The translations under genes were made by a program, and so were the position numbers. The notes beneath the pieces are model-generated. The model was not told where the DNA came from and did not search any database. It saw only the letters and a program-made list of their open reading frames with translations. A stretch of 64,000 nucleotides of DNA, from the NCBI GenBank assembly GCA_951406725.2, contig OX597820.1, positions 35,650,001-35,714,000 on the forward strand. Reading direction: 5' to 3'. Numbering within the stretch: the stretch's first letter is position 1; each line of letters opens with the position of its first letter. Positions 26,367 to 38,543 of the stretch are shown here, in pieces. This stretch comes from Octopus vulgaris. Taxonomy: Eukaryota.

Positions 26367-27004
26367 TACCAGACAGTACCAGGCAGTGTCTCTCATGGCT
26401 TTTAATCTTAACTGATTGGAAGTGGTATCATACTCTCTTTTACTTGTTTCAGTGGCCATGCTGGAGCACCGCCTTTAGTCGAGCAACTCGACCCCGGGAC
26501 TTATTCTTCGGAAGCCTAGTACTTATTCTGTCGGTTTCTTTTGCCGAAGCGCTAAGTTACGTAGACGTAAACACACCAGCATCGGTTGTCAAGCGATGTT
26601 GGGGGTACAAACACAGACACACAAAAACACACACACGTATATATATATACATACATATATACGACTGGATTCTTTCAGTTTCCGTCTACCAAATCCACTC
26701 ACAAGGCTTTGGTCGGCCCGAGGCTATAGTAGAAGACACATGTACATTTTTTTTTTTTTCGTATAAAAGCCTCGATTTATTCAACAATGTTTTGCTATAC
26801 GAACACAACTCTCACAACTCAGTCCAGGAACCGAAACCATGATGTATCGATCGTGAGTACAACGCCCTGAGTCCGCGCTCTCGCCTGGTTCAGATAAAGT
26901 AGGATTAAAGTTGGAATAATGTAAAGAGTAATCTCTTGAATGACGTAACTAAAGATATTCGTTAGGTGGTGGTAGGGATAAGCGGAAGTTGTTAGCGTTC
27001 ACAC

Positions 27005-27054
<50 letters not shown>

Positions 27055-27518
27055 CACACGTGGAAAAGCTTATACTCGGCGAGATAGACCCAAAGATCTT
27101 TACTCATTCAGACACATATTCACATATTTGCTCAAAATCACATGTATACACACACAGAGCCTCTCTTACGTAGAGGCATGGAAAGGGTGGATTGATGGAT
27201 GGATGGATGGATGGATGGATGAATGGATGGATGGGTGGGTTGATCGGTGGATGGATGGATGGATGGATGGATGGAAAGGTAGGAAACTTGACAGAAAGAC
27301 AGATCAATAGATAGATAAATAGACAGACAAACACACGATCAGGCAGACAGACAAGCAAGCAGACTGGCAGACGGACAGGCGAACAGACAGAGAGAGTCAG
27401 ACAGACAGACAGAAGACAGCCAGACAGGCAAATAGGCAAATACACAGACAGTCAGACATATATAGAGAGATACATACATACATACATACATACATACATA
27501 CATACATACATACATACA

Positions 27519-27552
<34 letters not shown>

Positions 27553-27564
27553 CATACATGCATG

Positions 27565-28111
27565 CATTCACCAGATGAAAGGATGAGCCTATATGAGCAG
27601 AAGACTATGCATGGATTTTTTAGAAGAAAGCTCAGTGATGATAGTAACATCGATCATCAAAACAGTTTATCATAGACCAATAGCCGAATTACAACCTCCC
27701 ACTTTAAAGGGTATGCGTCTGCAATCCAGGAACAGGAAATATCAACCAAGTACCTGATGCACAAAAGGGATATAGATGCAGGAAAAGCAGTAAAATGTGA
27801 CAACCGACGCAGACTTTGTGGGGTTCACACTGAAAATATAATCTACATCATAAACAGTTGTCCGAAAATGTCATCACGGTATTATCTACCGATGAGACAT
27901 GACGTTGTAGTTAGTACACTCTATAATGAAATCCGTCGGAAAGATAATCCTGAGGGAAAAGAAATAAGAACACACAATAGCCACTCATAATAAAAAGGAA
28001 AACAGGTGGAATATACCAGTGAAGACCTCAATAGAATGTAAGCACAACAGACCTGATATAATGATTTGGGATAGAGAAGAGAAACTGTGTACAGTTGTGG
28101 AAATTAGCTGC
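27565..28111 (+). pseudogene. R4/Dong-clade non-LTR retrotransposon fragment (CCHC knuckle plus restriction-like endonuclease)
   Basis: KTMHGFF...AIQEQEISTKYL...RRLCGVHTENIIYIINSCPKM...RHDVVV, then in another frame WNIPVKT...KHNRPDIMIWDREEKLCTVVEISC (PD-(D/E)xK REL motif). Contains stops. Confidence 0.88.
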
Positions 28112-29063
28112 TCGTGGTTCGCCTATCGTGGTTTATTACTCAAGCTTACGTCGATTAATCTGTGGTGTTGTTTTGCATTTATAAGAAAATAAATATAAAC
28201 AAATTATTAAAATAATGATAAAAATATGCAGTACAGTACTGTTTCTTCTTCGCGGATTTTCACCTATCGCGGGTGTGTGCGTGGGTGGAATGTAATACCC
28301 ACAATAGTCAAGGAATTGCTGTGTGGGGGGTGGGGTGCGAGTGTGTGTATGTGTGAGTGTGTGTATGTACATGTATAATTTACATATAATATATATACAT
28401 ACATTCATACAAACACATACAAGGAGGCTGTCAACTCGTAGACTAATATGACCATCACTGACAAATCATTGTCTCCTTGTTTCCCTGATGTTAAAGACAA
28501 CGGCTGTCAGCAATTACCGTGTTGAAATTTGGAGTCAATAACCGCTAAGACTTTCACCTACAAAGACAGATAGTCCAGAAACAAACAAGAGCAAGACGCT
28601 CGATTTCTAAACAAAGTTATGGGGACGTTCACTCCGGGATATTCAATGGCTGTTGAGTTTAATGACTTCTCCACCCTCTCACAGGTTTTGACTTTTGTCC
28701 TGATGCGTGTCCAACAAAAAGCATCTCCCTTACTAAGCTTTCTTTAAAGGGTTCATGGTTTAGTCGCCGTCATCCCGACCGTGCCACAAGTTCTACTGGG
28801 CTGTCAGAAACACATACATACATTCATACATACATTTATCCACACAGGCATGTATACACTCATGCATACATTCATACATGCACGCATACATACATGGACA
28901 CACGCATACATACATACATACATACATACATACATACATAAACACATACATACATAGACACATACATGCACACACACACCTACACACACATACATACATG
29001 CAGGCATGCATATACACGTGTATGTACATACATAGAGACATGCATACATACACACGGGTATGT

Positions 29064-29094
<31 letters not shown>

Positions 29095-29489
29095 TACATA
29101 CATACATACATACATACATACATACATACATACATACATACACATTGATATTGCGGCACGCCAGCCGAAATGTATTTCGTCTGCCGTTACGTTGTGAGTT
29201 CAAATTCCGCCGAGGTCCACTTTGCCTTTCATCCTTTCGGGGTCGATTAAATAAGTACCTGTTACGCACTGAGTTCGATGTAATCGACTTAATCCCTTTG
29301 CCTGTCCTTGTTTGTCCCTATCATAAAATGATAGGATGGATGTAAAACTTCAGAAATTTCGCCGCATCAACATTATACACACGATCGAATACGAGCTACG
29401 TTACGATAAATACTGGTAACTTCACGTTGTTATAGCGGATTTCTCCAACTGCCCCCTCCCCCATTCTATCTCTCCCCCTCTCTCTCTCG

Positions 29490-29550
<61 letters not shown>

Positions 29551-30050
29551 TCTATCTCTAGCACTCTATTTTGTCTATGAGTAATGCAAGCTATCTGTTA
29601 ATCGTATCGTAGTCTCTGTCCGTTGTGATTTGTACTTTAATTCCAATCTACAGACACTTGTAACATTCACGTTTTTCATCCATTTACAGTTTCCTTTGTG
29701 ACCGAGATTATGTGTGAAACACTTGACACTTTTAGTTAAGGGACACTGTGTGTGTGCGTGTGTGTATGTGTGTGTGTGTGCGTGCGTGCTTGTGTGCGTA
29801 CATATGTGTATGAATGAATGCCTTCGTGTATATATATATATGTATATAACAACATAATGTAGCTATATCTATCAATCCAGCTATATGTATGTGTGTTTGT
29901 GTGTATATGTGTGTGTATGTATGTGTGTATGTGTGTGTGTGCGCAGGTGTGTGTAAGAGCTGAGACGTTTGCTTCCCAACCATATGGTTCCAGGTTCAAT
30001 CCCACTGCGTGGTACCTGCGCAAATGTCTTCTGTTATAGCTCCGAGACCA

Positions 30051-30284
30051 CCTATTTCTTTACTACCCACAAGGGGCTAAACACAGAGGGGACGAACAAG
30101 GACAGACAAACGGATTAAGTCGATTATATCGACTCTAGTGCATAACTGGTACTTTATTTATCGACCCCGAAAGGATGAAAGGCAAAGTCGACCTCGGCGT
30201 AATTTGAACTCAGAGCGTAGCGGCAGACGAAATACCGCTAAGCATTTCGCCCGGCGTGCTAACGATTCTACCAGCTCGCCGCCT
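30051..30284 (-). mobile_element. SINE family C, full length, nested in a family A SINE
   Basis: TSD TTATAGCTCCGAGAC at 30034-30048 and 30285-30299. The family A sequence resumes on both sides. Confidence 0.9.
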
Positions 30285-30499
30285 TTATAGCTCCGAGACT
30301 ACAAAAGCCTTGTGAGTGGATTTGGTAGACGGAAGGAAGCTCGTCGTCTATGTGTGCATGTGTGTGTATGTGTAAGTGTATATCTGTGCGTGTATGAATA
30401 TGTGTGCGCGAACGCGTGCGAATATGTGTATGAATATATGTGTGTATGCGTGTGTGTGTGTGTGTGTGTGTGTGTTTTTGTGCGTGTGTGTTTGTGTGG

Positions 30500-30680
30500 T
30501 CCAAAAATTTACAAAAGACAAAAAACAAAGGACACAGACGATAGTGGTAGGGACAAAAAACAAGGTGTATTGTTTTGACACTCAGGAAAAACGGAAGAGT
30601 CTTTGACATTTCGCGCCTACGCTCTACTACAGAAAGAAATGAGGAAAGAAGAGAAATGGAAAGAGAAAAAATAGAGAGAG
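30500..30680 (-). mobile_element. Degenerate Penelope-type HHR repeat
   Basis: Minus strand CTTT-CTGTAGT-AGAGC-GTAG-GCGC-GAAA-TG-TC-AAAG. Same family as 35100-35290. Confidence 0.6.
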
Positions 30681-31329
30681 GTAAGTATGGATGCATGTAT
30701 TATGTGTATGTATGTATGTATGTATGTATGTATGTATGTATGTATGTATGTATGTATGTATGTATGTATGTGTGCGTATGTATGTATGCATGTATGTATG
30801 TATGTATGTATGTATGTATGTATGTATGTATGTATGTATGTATGTGTGTGTGTTTGTGTGTAACAAATGATAGAGACGAAAAATGGAGTATGCAAGATAC
30901 TTTATGGCTCCCAACGATCATTTCGACCCATCCTACATCAATCCCTCGCGGGTGGAATACTGTACAGATCTGGTTGTGGTGCATCACTCGGTGCAGAAGT
31001 GTCGCGTTCTGTAATTTTACAAGGGGTCTCTCGTTAAATAAATTCTGTTTCACTCGGTTATAATGCGGCATGCTGTTAGTGACAGCAAGTTTAAGCCCTT
31101 GTGCAGAAATGTATGTATGCATGTGTGTGTGTGTCATTATTCAGTTTTATTTCAAGATTTCGAGCCAATAGTGAAAGAGCTGGTTTCTAATCTAGATCGA
31201 AGGCTCCTCCATTAGAATTTCAACAACGTCTACGGGTAAGTACGTATGTATGTATGTATGTATGTATGTATGTATGTATGTATGTATGTATGTATGTATG
31301 TATGTATGTATGTATGAATGCGCGGCGAC

Positions 31330-31727
31330 ATAGAAATAATCGGACTGAATACCCGATCGCACGTTTAAACCATTGGGAGTGAAGCACTCCTAGCCTTTGT
31401 TAGGGCATCCTTCAAGGAGAAGGTAACTCAGGTAACTGGGATAACTCCGACATAAAACCTGCGGCTCAGTGGTTACCGATGATGTTGACTTGTTCTTCTT
31501 TTCGGATTATGGCTGCTGTTGCTTAGTGAGTGGGATTGACTCAGTGTACAGCCTTTCCTCACTTTAAAAAAATCAAAAGGATGTGTTATAACACTATTCC
31601 ACATATGCAAAAACAGCCATACCAACAATCCAACATACCTCCATCATCAGCTGCCCCACGGATATCATTATGGTTTCGATACCTGGGCAGTACCATTCAA
31701 TCCGGCGGTGTCAATAGCACTAAATAA
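31330..31727 (+). mobile_element. Possible internally deleted RTE-type LINE remnant
   Basis: FRYLGSTIQSGG resembles the F[KR]YLGS RT motif. The upstream sequence resembles RTE 5' regions from memory only. Confidence 0.4.
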
Positions 31728-32044
31728 GTGTTGTTTGGGAGCAAACAAACCAAACAAACCACAACTTTCCATCACATTTAGCCTATGTACAACAATAAAT
31801 TCTATAAGTAAATCAATAACCAACTCCTAAATATGTAACTAAAGAGCGACCAAACATTTATAGTCATAGATTTTATTCTCTACAGTCTTCCATAGTATAA
31901 ATAAAAGTGAAAGATTAATAACCACATTCATTCAATCTAAATATAAGCAGGATTAAACACTAACTTTAAAAGTAAACTACAACAAGAAACACATAAATCT
32001 ATGTACATTTGTATCAGTATTAATAGGAAACCTACAATAACTAG

Positions 32045-32199
32045 CATTATTTAGATCCTATATATTTGACGGATATTTGTCCTCATCTTGCTTGTTGTTA
32101 ACACAACGTTTCGGTTGATATACCCTCCAGCCTTCATCAGGTGGCTCGGGGAAATTTCGAGTCTGGGTTCTCATTCCTAGGGTATTTTTTTATGTTGTT

Positions 32200-32238
<39 letters not shown>

Positions 32239-32714
32239 ACTATTATTCAGGTCAATACCTGGAATCGAACTCGGAATCTTGGGGTTTGTAGCCCGCGCTC
32301 TTAACCACTACGCCACATGCCCGTGGGTGTAGTGGTTAAGAGCGCGGGCTACTAACCCCAAGATTCCAAGTTCGATTGCAAGCAGTGACCTGAAGAAGAA
32401 GAAGAAGAAGAAGAAGAAGAAGAAGAAGAAGAAGAAGAAGAAGAAGAAGAAGAAGAAGAAGAAGAAGAAGAAGAAGAAGAAGAAGAAGAAGAAGAAGAAG
32501 AAGAAGAAGAAGAAGAAGACGAAGAAGAAGAAGAAGATGGAGAACAACAACAACAACAACAATAATAATAATAATAATAATAACACCTGATGAAGGCTGG
32601 AGGGTATATCAGCCGAAACGTGGTGTTAACAACAAACAAGATGAGGACAAATATCCGTCAAATGTAAATAAGGTAAATAATGTACATAATTCCTCATCTC
32701 TTAAATATAGAACT
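32045..32714. mobile_element. Head-to-head dimer of a tRNA-headed, hammerhead-tailed SINE
   Basis: Minus copy 32045-32322 and plus copy 32323-32714. Each has a tRNA-like head, a triplet microsatellite and an HHR. 12-bp direct repeat CTACAATAACTA at 32032-32043 and 32715-32726. Confidence 0.88.
32582..32627 (+). ncRNA. Minimal type I hammerhead motif (cleavage triplet mutated to GUG)
   Basis: AACAC-CTGATGA-A-GGCTG-GAGGGTATAT-CAGCC-GAAA-CG-TG-GTGTT. Confidence 0.8.
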
Positions 32715-33166
32715 CTACAATAACTAAATTATATACTAAACAGCGACCAATATTTAAGCCCATACAAAAATTAATCCCTCCAGTCTTCCATAGTTACTAC
32801 TCTAACAGAAAGTGAAAGCTTTATTTCAATTCTCTCCATAACAAAACACAATCGAATTTAATTTAACGAATAATATAATGATCCTATTGAAATACATTAT
32901 TTCAAAATACAAAAGTTAATAGCAAAAACACTACATACTCATTAATATATATTACCCTTATAAACTTTAATGTAAACTTACCAGTAACTAATAGAAACGT
33001 TAAGTTTATTAGATAAGAACTAATAAAAGTATACTTGTAATTAAGTATTATTATGAAAGCTTGCTACGATTAAAGCTAAATTAAAACTGTTTAAATGTAT
33101 GTATGTATGTATGTATGTATGTATGTATGTATGTATGTATGTACTTATGTATGTATGTATGTATAC

Positions 33167-33197
<31 letters not shown>

Positions 33198-33252
33198 TGT
33201 ATGTATGTATGTATGTATGTATGTATGTACTTATGTATGTATGTATGTATAC

Positions 33253-33283
<31 letters not shown>

Positions 33284-33370
33284 TGTATGTATGCATATGT
33301 ATGTATGCATTATGTATGTATGTACGTACGGACGTACGTCCATAAGTATAGATAGATAGATAGATAGATT

Positions 33371-33425
<55 letters not shown>

Positions 33426-33475
33426 TCTAAACACGTGGACTAAGTTGTATATATGTTCATGTGTGTGTATGTGTG

Positions 33476-33560
<85 letters not shown>

Positions 33561-34165
33561 CTGTCTCTGTGTGTATGTATTTTAAACGAGTGGAAATAGT
33601 GCTTGTTCTTCAGTGACTTCAAAACTGAAGTAGTTAAGTCCTCCACATTACACTTGTAGCATTAACGTAAATCTGCAATCAAACTCAGCCTGACACTTGA
33701 CGTGACAATGCGGGTTTTTGTTTTTTAAATTCTTTGGGGGTTTTTTTTTTCCTGATAATTATAATTTATTCTTTTTAACCCTTTGAACGTGGAAAACGGA
33801 AATATTCGTACAAGGTTTTTATTTCTGTCAACTGCAGGAAGCAGCTTTGCCCGCGCCTTGCAGAAACCCCTCCTTAATATTGTATGAATCGCAGACATCA
33901 ACAGTGACACTTTTCTACGAAAAGACAATTTTTCAGATTTTTTTATCTTTTTCTTTTCTATTTGTTTCAGTCATAATACTGCGGCCCTACTGGAGCACTG
34001 TCTTGAAGAATATTTTGTCGAATGAATCAACCTCAGGTCTTATGATTTTTAACCCTGGCACTAATTCTGTAGGAACCTTTTGCTGAACCGCAAAGTTACG
34101 TGGATGCGAACACACCAATACCGGTTGTCAAGCGGTGGTTAGGATCAAACACAGACACAAACACA

Positions 34166-34226
<61 letters not shown>

Positions 34227-34467
34227 TCTTTTACTCATTTCAACCAGTTGACTATGGCCACGCTGAAGCACCGCCTTGAAGGGTTTTAGTCGAACAAATC
34301 GACCCCAGGACTTATTTTTTTATACCTGGTACTTATTCTATCGGTCCCTTTTGACAAAACACTAAGTTACGTGGACGTAAACACACCAACACCTGTTGTC
34401 CAGCGGTATGAGGACAAGAAGACACACACACATACACACACATACACACACACACACACACATACAT

Positions 34468-34503
<36 letters not shown>

Positions 34504-34513
34504 GTATATATTA

Positions 34514-34680
34514 TATAAAATCCCTTCTGTCTGTCTGTCTGTGTGGGTGTCTTCTAGGATCTCGGGCATCCTCCATCCGATTGCGCTCAAATTTTATATG
34601 TAGGTACCGACGGTATCAGGGCATGTATAATTCTTGAAAAAATTACAAAAATCGATTCCAGGTGAGAATGCGATCGATAA
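34514..34680 (+). mobile_element. Possible 5' fragment of a non-autonomous Helitron
   Basis: TATAAAA...(GTCT)n...ATCTCGG...CATCCGATTGCGCTCAAATTT layout resembles 5' ends of Lep1-like Helitrons. No 3' hairpin or CTAG seen. Confidence 0.35.
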
Positions 34681-34829
34681 ATATATATATATATATATAT
34701 ATATGGCGGGCTCCTTTCAGTTTCTGTCTGCCAAATCTACCCACATGGCGTTGGTTGGCCCGAGGCTATAGTATAAGACACTTTCCCGAGGTGCTAGGAG
34801 TGGGACTAAACCTGGAGCCATTAATTAAA

Positions 34830-35000
34830 AGAAAAAATGAGAAAAAAAGACAAGAAAAATAACAACGCGAGAACGTGTTACATGTAAAGTATTAATAAGA
34901 CGCTCAGAGAAGGAAAGAAAGAATGTTATACGTTTCGAGCAAAGCTCTTCTTCGGAAACAGGAGACATGAAAGTCCACAAGAAAAGGAAAAAGGAGGAAA
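34830..35000 (-). mobile_element. Penelope-type HHR repeat (mutated core)
   Basis: Minus strand TGTTT-CCGAAGA-AGAGC-TTT-GCTC-GAAA-CG-TA-TAACA. Related to 11690-11807. Confidence 0.65.
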
Positions 35001-35019
35001 AACTTTTCAGCACCCCCCC

Positions 35020-35099
<80 letters not shown>

Positions 35100-35102
<3 letters not shown>

Positions 35103-35282
35103 CGCTAACCACTACACATTATTTTCTCTCCCTGTTTCTTTCTGTGTTCCTTTCTGTGGAAGAGCGTAGGCTCGAAACGTTAAAGCCTTTTTCACTTCCC
35201 TTGCGTTAAACTAATACATCTGTTTGTTGTTTACACCACCTGTCTTCGTCTTTCGTTTTTGTTTTTGTATTTTGTGAATTCC

Positions 35283-35290
<8 letters not shown>
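35100..35290 (+). mobile_element. Penelope-type HHR repeat (mutated core)
   Basis: CTTT-CTGTGGA-AGAGC-GTAG-GCTC-GAAA-CG-TT-AAG at 35150-35184, followed by a T-rich tail ending in (TA)n. Confidence 0.65.
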
Positions 35291-35317
<27 letters not shown>

Positions 35318-35319
35318 CA

Positions 35320-35537
35320 CGAGAAGTTGCGGAAAAGTTCCTGGCTTTAATGGTGTCGCAAACGGCTTGGTTGCAGGCCCAACCTCTCAAGTTCTTTTAC
35401 AGGACATAGAAAGACTGAAGAACTGCTGCAATAGGCGTGTGAATCTGAGATGGAAATACGTTGAATAAAATCATAATTTACTGATCCACCTGTATTTTCT
35501 TTTACCCAAAGCCAGGAGCTGCTCAGCGTCCACTCGC
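35320..35537 (+). mobile_element. Mariner-derived MITE
   Basis: Imperfect TIRs CGAGAAGTTGCGGAAAAGTTCCTGGCTTT and AAAGCCAGGAGCTGCTCAGCGTCCACTCG. Retains a mariner-like C-terminus (IERLKNCCNRRVNLRWKYVE*). Confidence 0.7.
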
Positions 35538-35913
35538 GCGCGCGCGCGCGTGTGCGTGTGCACGAAAATTTGTTGTATATTAAATGCGCCCAATAGGAGA
35601 ATATATCTAAATGAAGAGTCATGGAAAATTGTTGAGTTGCCAAACACGAATCGAAAGAGTTATTGGAGGAACGGCTGTTATAAATCACACATAGCATGGT
35701 GAAACCGATGATGATGATGTCTGTGGTGGTTGTATTGATGATGTGATCACGACGGCGACGAGAAGGAAGAGGAAAAGACGACGTCGACCAAGACGTTGAA
35801 GATGATGACGCCAAACTTAATAAACAAATCAAAACATTGTATCTAGTTAGTTCCTTTTACTTTCGTCGCAAAATTTTAATCGCAATTGTATGTCTGTGCT
35901 TGAGCGTGTATGA

Positions 35914-35982
<69 letters not shown>

Positions 35983-36209
35983 CGTGTGTGCGCGCGCGCG
36001 AGCGCCTTGTAATATTTAGTTCTGCCCCGTACGTTATAGGTTCAAATCCCACCATTTCGCCTTTTATCTCCTTTCTTTTTTATTTCCCGTTCTGTCCGTG
36101 CTGCACTGACCACCGGCTATTCTCTGGATACTTGTAGTGACAGATCAACATTTCTATGAGAAGCAGTTGCTAACCGCTCATACAAGCCTTCTCTGTTTCT
36201 CATTAAAGG

Positions 36210-37111
36210 GGCTCCCTGCATTCGCACAGTGCCATGGTACTCAACAGTACTTAACACAACGCAGGGCTACCCTACGGCTGTTTACACGGTGCAGTGGCAC
36301 ACTACGACTTCCCATACAGCGCAATGATAACCTACGCTTCTTCATACAGCGGTGTAGTGCCCTAAGCCTCTTCACACAGCGCCATGATACCCAAGGCCTC
36401 TTCACATAGCGCCGTGGTACCCAACACCTCCTCACATGGCGCCCTGCTACCCTACGCCTCCTCACATAGCGCAGAGGTACCCTACGCCTTCTCAAATAGC
36501 ACCCTGCACCTTCCGCCTCCTCACACAACGCAGAGGTACCCTACACCTTCGCACACAGCGCCGTGGTACCCCACGTCTCCCCACATAGCATAGAGTTACC
36601 CTACGCACTATCACACGGCGCCATGGTACCCCACGCCTTAACACACAGTGCAGAGGAACCCTACGCCTTCTCACACAACGTTGTAGGAACTTGTGCCTTC
36701 TCACACAGAGCGGGGGTACCCTACGCCTCCTCACACAGCGCCCTGGTAGCCTATGCCTCCTCTCACAGTGCAGTGGTACACTACGCCTCCTCAAAGAGGG
36801 TCGTGATACGCTACACCTCCTCACAGAGCACAGTGGTAAAGTATGTCTCTTCATGCAGCGCCGTAGTATCGTGTGATTCTTCACACAGCGCAGTGGCACC
36901 ACACAATCCTTCACACAACGGACTGGTACTCTATAGTACTTTATACAACACAGAAGTACCCTATGACACCTCACAGAAAGCAGTGGTACCTGCAGTCCTA
37001 TACTCAGCTCAGTGCAGTGGTACTCGATAGATCTCCACACAGCGCAGAGGTACCTTATGATTCTTCACACAGGGTTTCCCTGTGACACTTCACATAATGC
37101 AGTGGGGTACC
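36210..37111. repeat. GC-rich minisatellite, 30-bp unit, about 30 diverged copies
   Basis: Consensus approximately CCCTACGCCTCCTCACACAGCGCAGTGGTA. Confidence 0.92.
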
Positions 37112-37123
37112 ATATACATACAT

Positions 37124-37203
<80 letters not shown>

Positions 37204-37380
37204 GAAAACAGTAAAAGCTATAATTATTAATGAATAACAGTCTCTTTGGATAGAAAAAATCGAGAGCTACCAACATATATGTGCGCGCGTATATGTGTGC
37301 ATCATACACAGAAACACACACATACGCACACGCACACACACACACACAAACATATATATATATATAATTATATAGTAAAC

Positions 37381-37648
37381 TTTATATGCCAACAGAAGGT
37401 AGCAGTCTTATAAAGGATGATGCTTTTGCTGTTTTAGCCCCAGGAAAACATCTTTTCCAGCTGGCTACCGACACACAGTCTGTATTCGTATACCATTTGC
37501 AAGGGAGGTCATCGCTCCCATACAATTGCAAATGCTTTACGGACACAGACTGTATGTCAATGGCCAGCTGGTAAAGATGTTTTTGCTAGGGCTAAAACAA
37601 CAGTAACATCGTCCTTTATAGGGCTGCCACATTCTGTTGGCAAATAAA
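37381..37648. repeat. Long imperfect palindrome (arms ~125 bp), foldback element
   Basis: TTTATATGCCAACAGAA...CATTTGCAA is mirrored by TTGCAAATG...TTCTGTTGGCAAATAAA. Confidence 0.85.
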
Positions 37649-37771
37649 CTTTAATATTCGGTACTGTTACTGAATATCTCTCGCTCAGAAATTTAAAATA
37701 GTTTTTCTTTATATAATTATTCAAACACACACATACACACACACTCTCACACACACACACACACACACTCA

Positions 37772-37857
<86 letters not shown>

Positions 37858-38023
37858 AGACAAGCTTAACGTTTCGGTAAAAGTACCTGACAGAATCAGT
37901 TCAAGACTTACAAAATAAGTATTGGGAATCGGTTTCTTCGATTTAAATTGGTCAAGACGGTGCCCCAATACGGCCGCAGTCTGATACCCGAGACAGGTAC
38001 AAGATAAAAGATACATATATGTG

Positions 38024-38071
<48 letters not shown>

Positions 38072-38324
38072 CGTGCGCCCTTACTTGCCTGTGTATGTTT
38101 GTGGGTGTTCGCGCGCATGTGTGTATACGTGTGATTATACATAGTTTTCTACGTGTCATATGTATATATTTATATGTATATATACTCACACACATAGACA
38201 CATACAGACATACATAATACACAGTCACACACGTACATACATGTATATATGAATTCACAACCATATGGAAATAAACGTACTCAATACAGAGAAAAGGTGT
38301 CACTATATGTATATGCCTCTAAAG

Positions 38325-38543
38325 CAGTGGTTTTCAACCAGGGTTCCGCGGAACCTTAGGGTTCCGCCAGTACAGTGCAGGGGTTCCGCAAGAAGTTACA
38401 AAACTGCTAAAATCGGCAGTAAATTTTAATTCTCCTGTGCAGATATGTGTGCAGAAGACTATCAAATTATTGCACAGGGGTTCCTCGAGCCAGTGGAATG
38501 TTTCCTTGGGGTTCGGCTCCAGCAAAAAGTTTGAAAAGCACTG
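38325..38543. mobile_element. hAT (Charlie-like) MITE, 219 bp
   Basis: TIRs CAGTGGTTTTCAA and TTGAAAAGCACTG. Perfect 8-bp TSD CTCTAAAG at 38317-38324 and 38544-38551. Confidence 0.92.

Noticed and set aside
32250-32392. Possible genuine tRNA genes (anticodon-like ACT loop)
   Set aside because: The acceptor and anticodon stems are imperfect, copies differ, and each is fused to the same downstream body. These are SINE heads.
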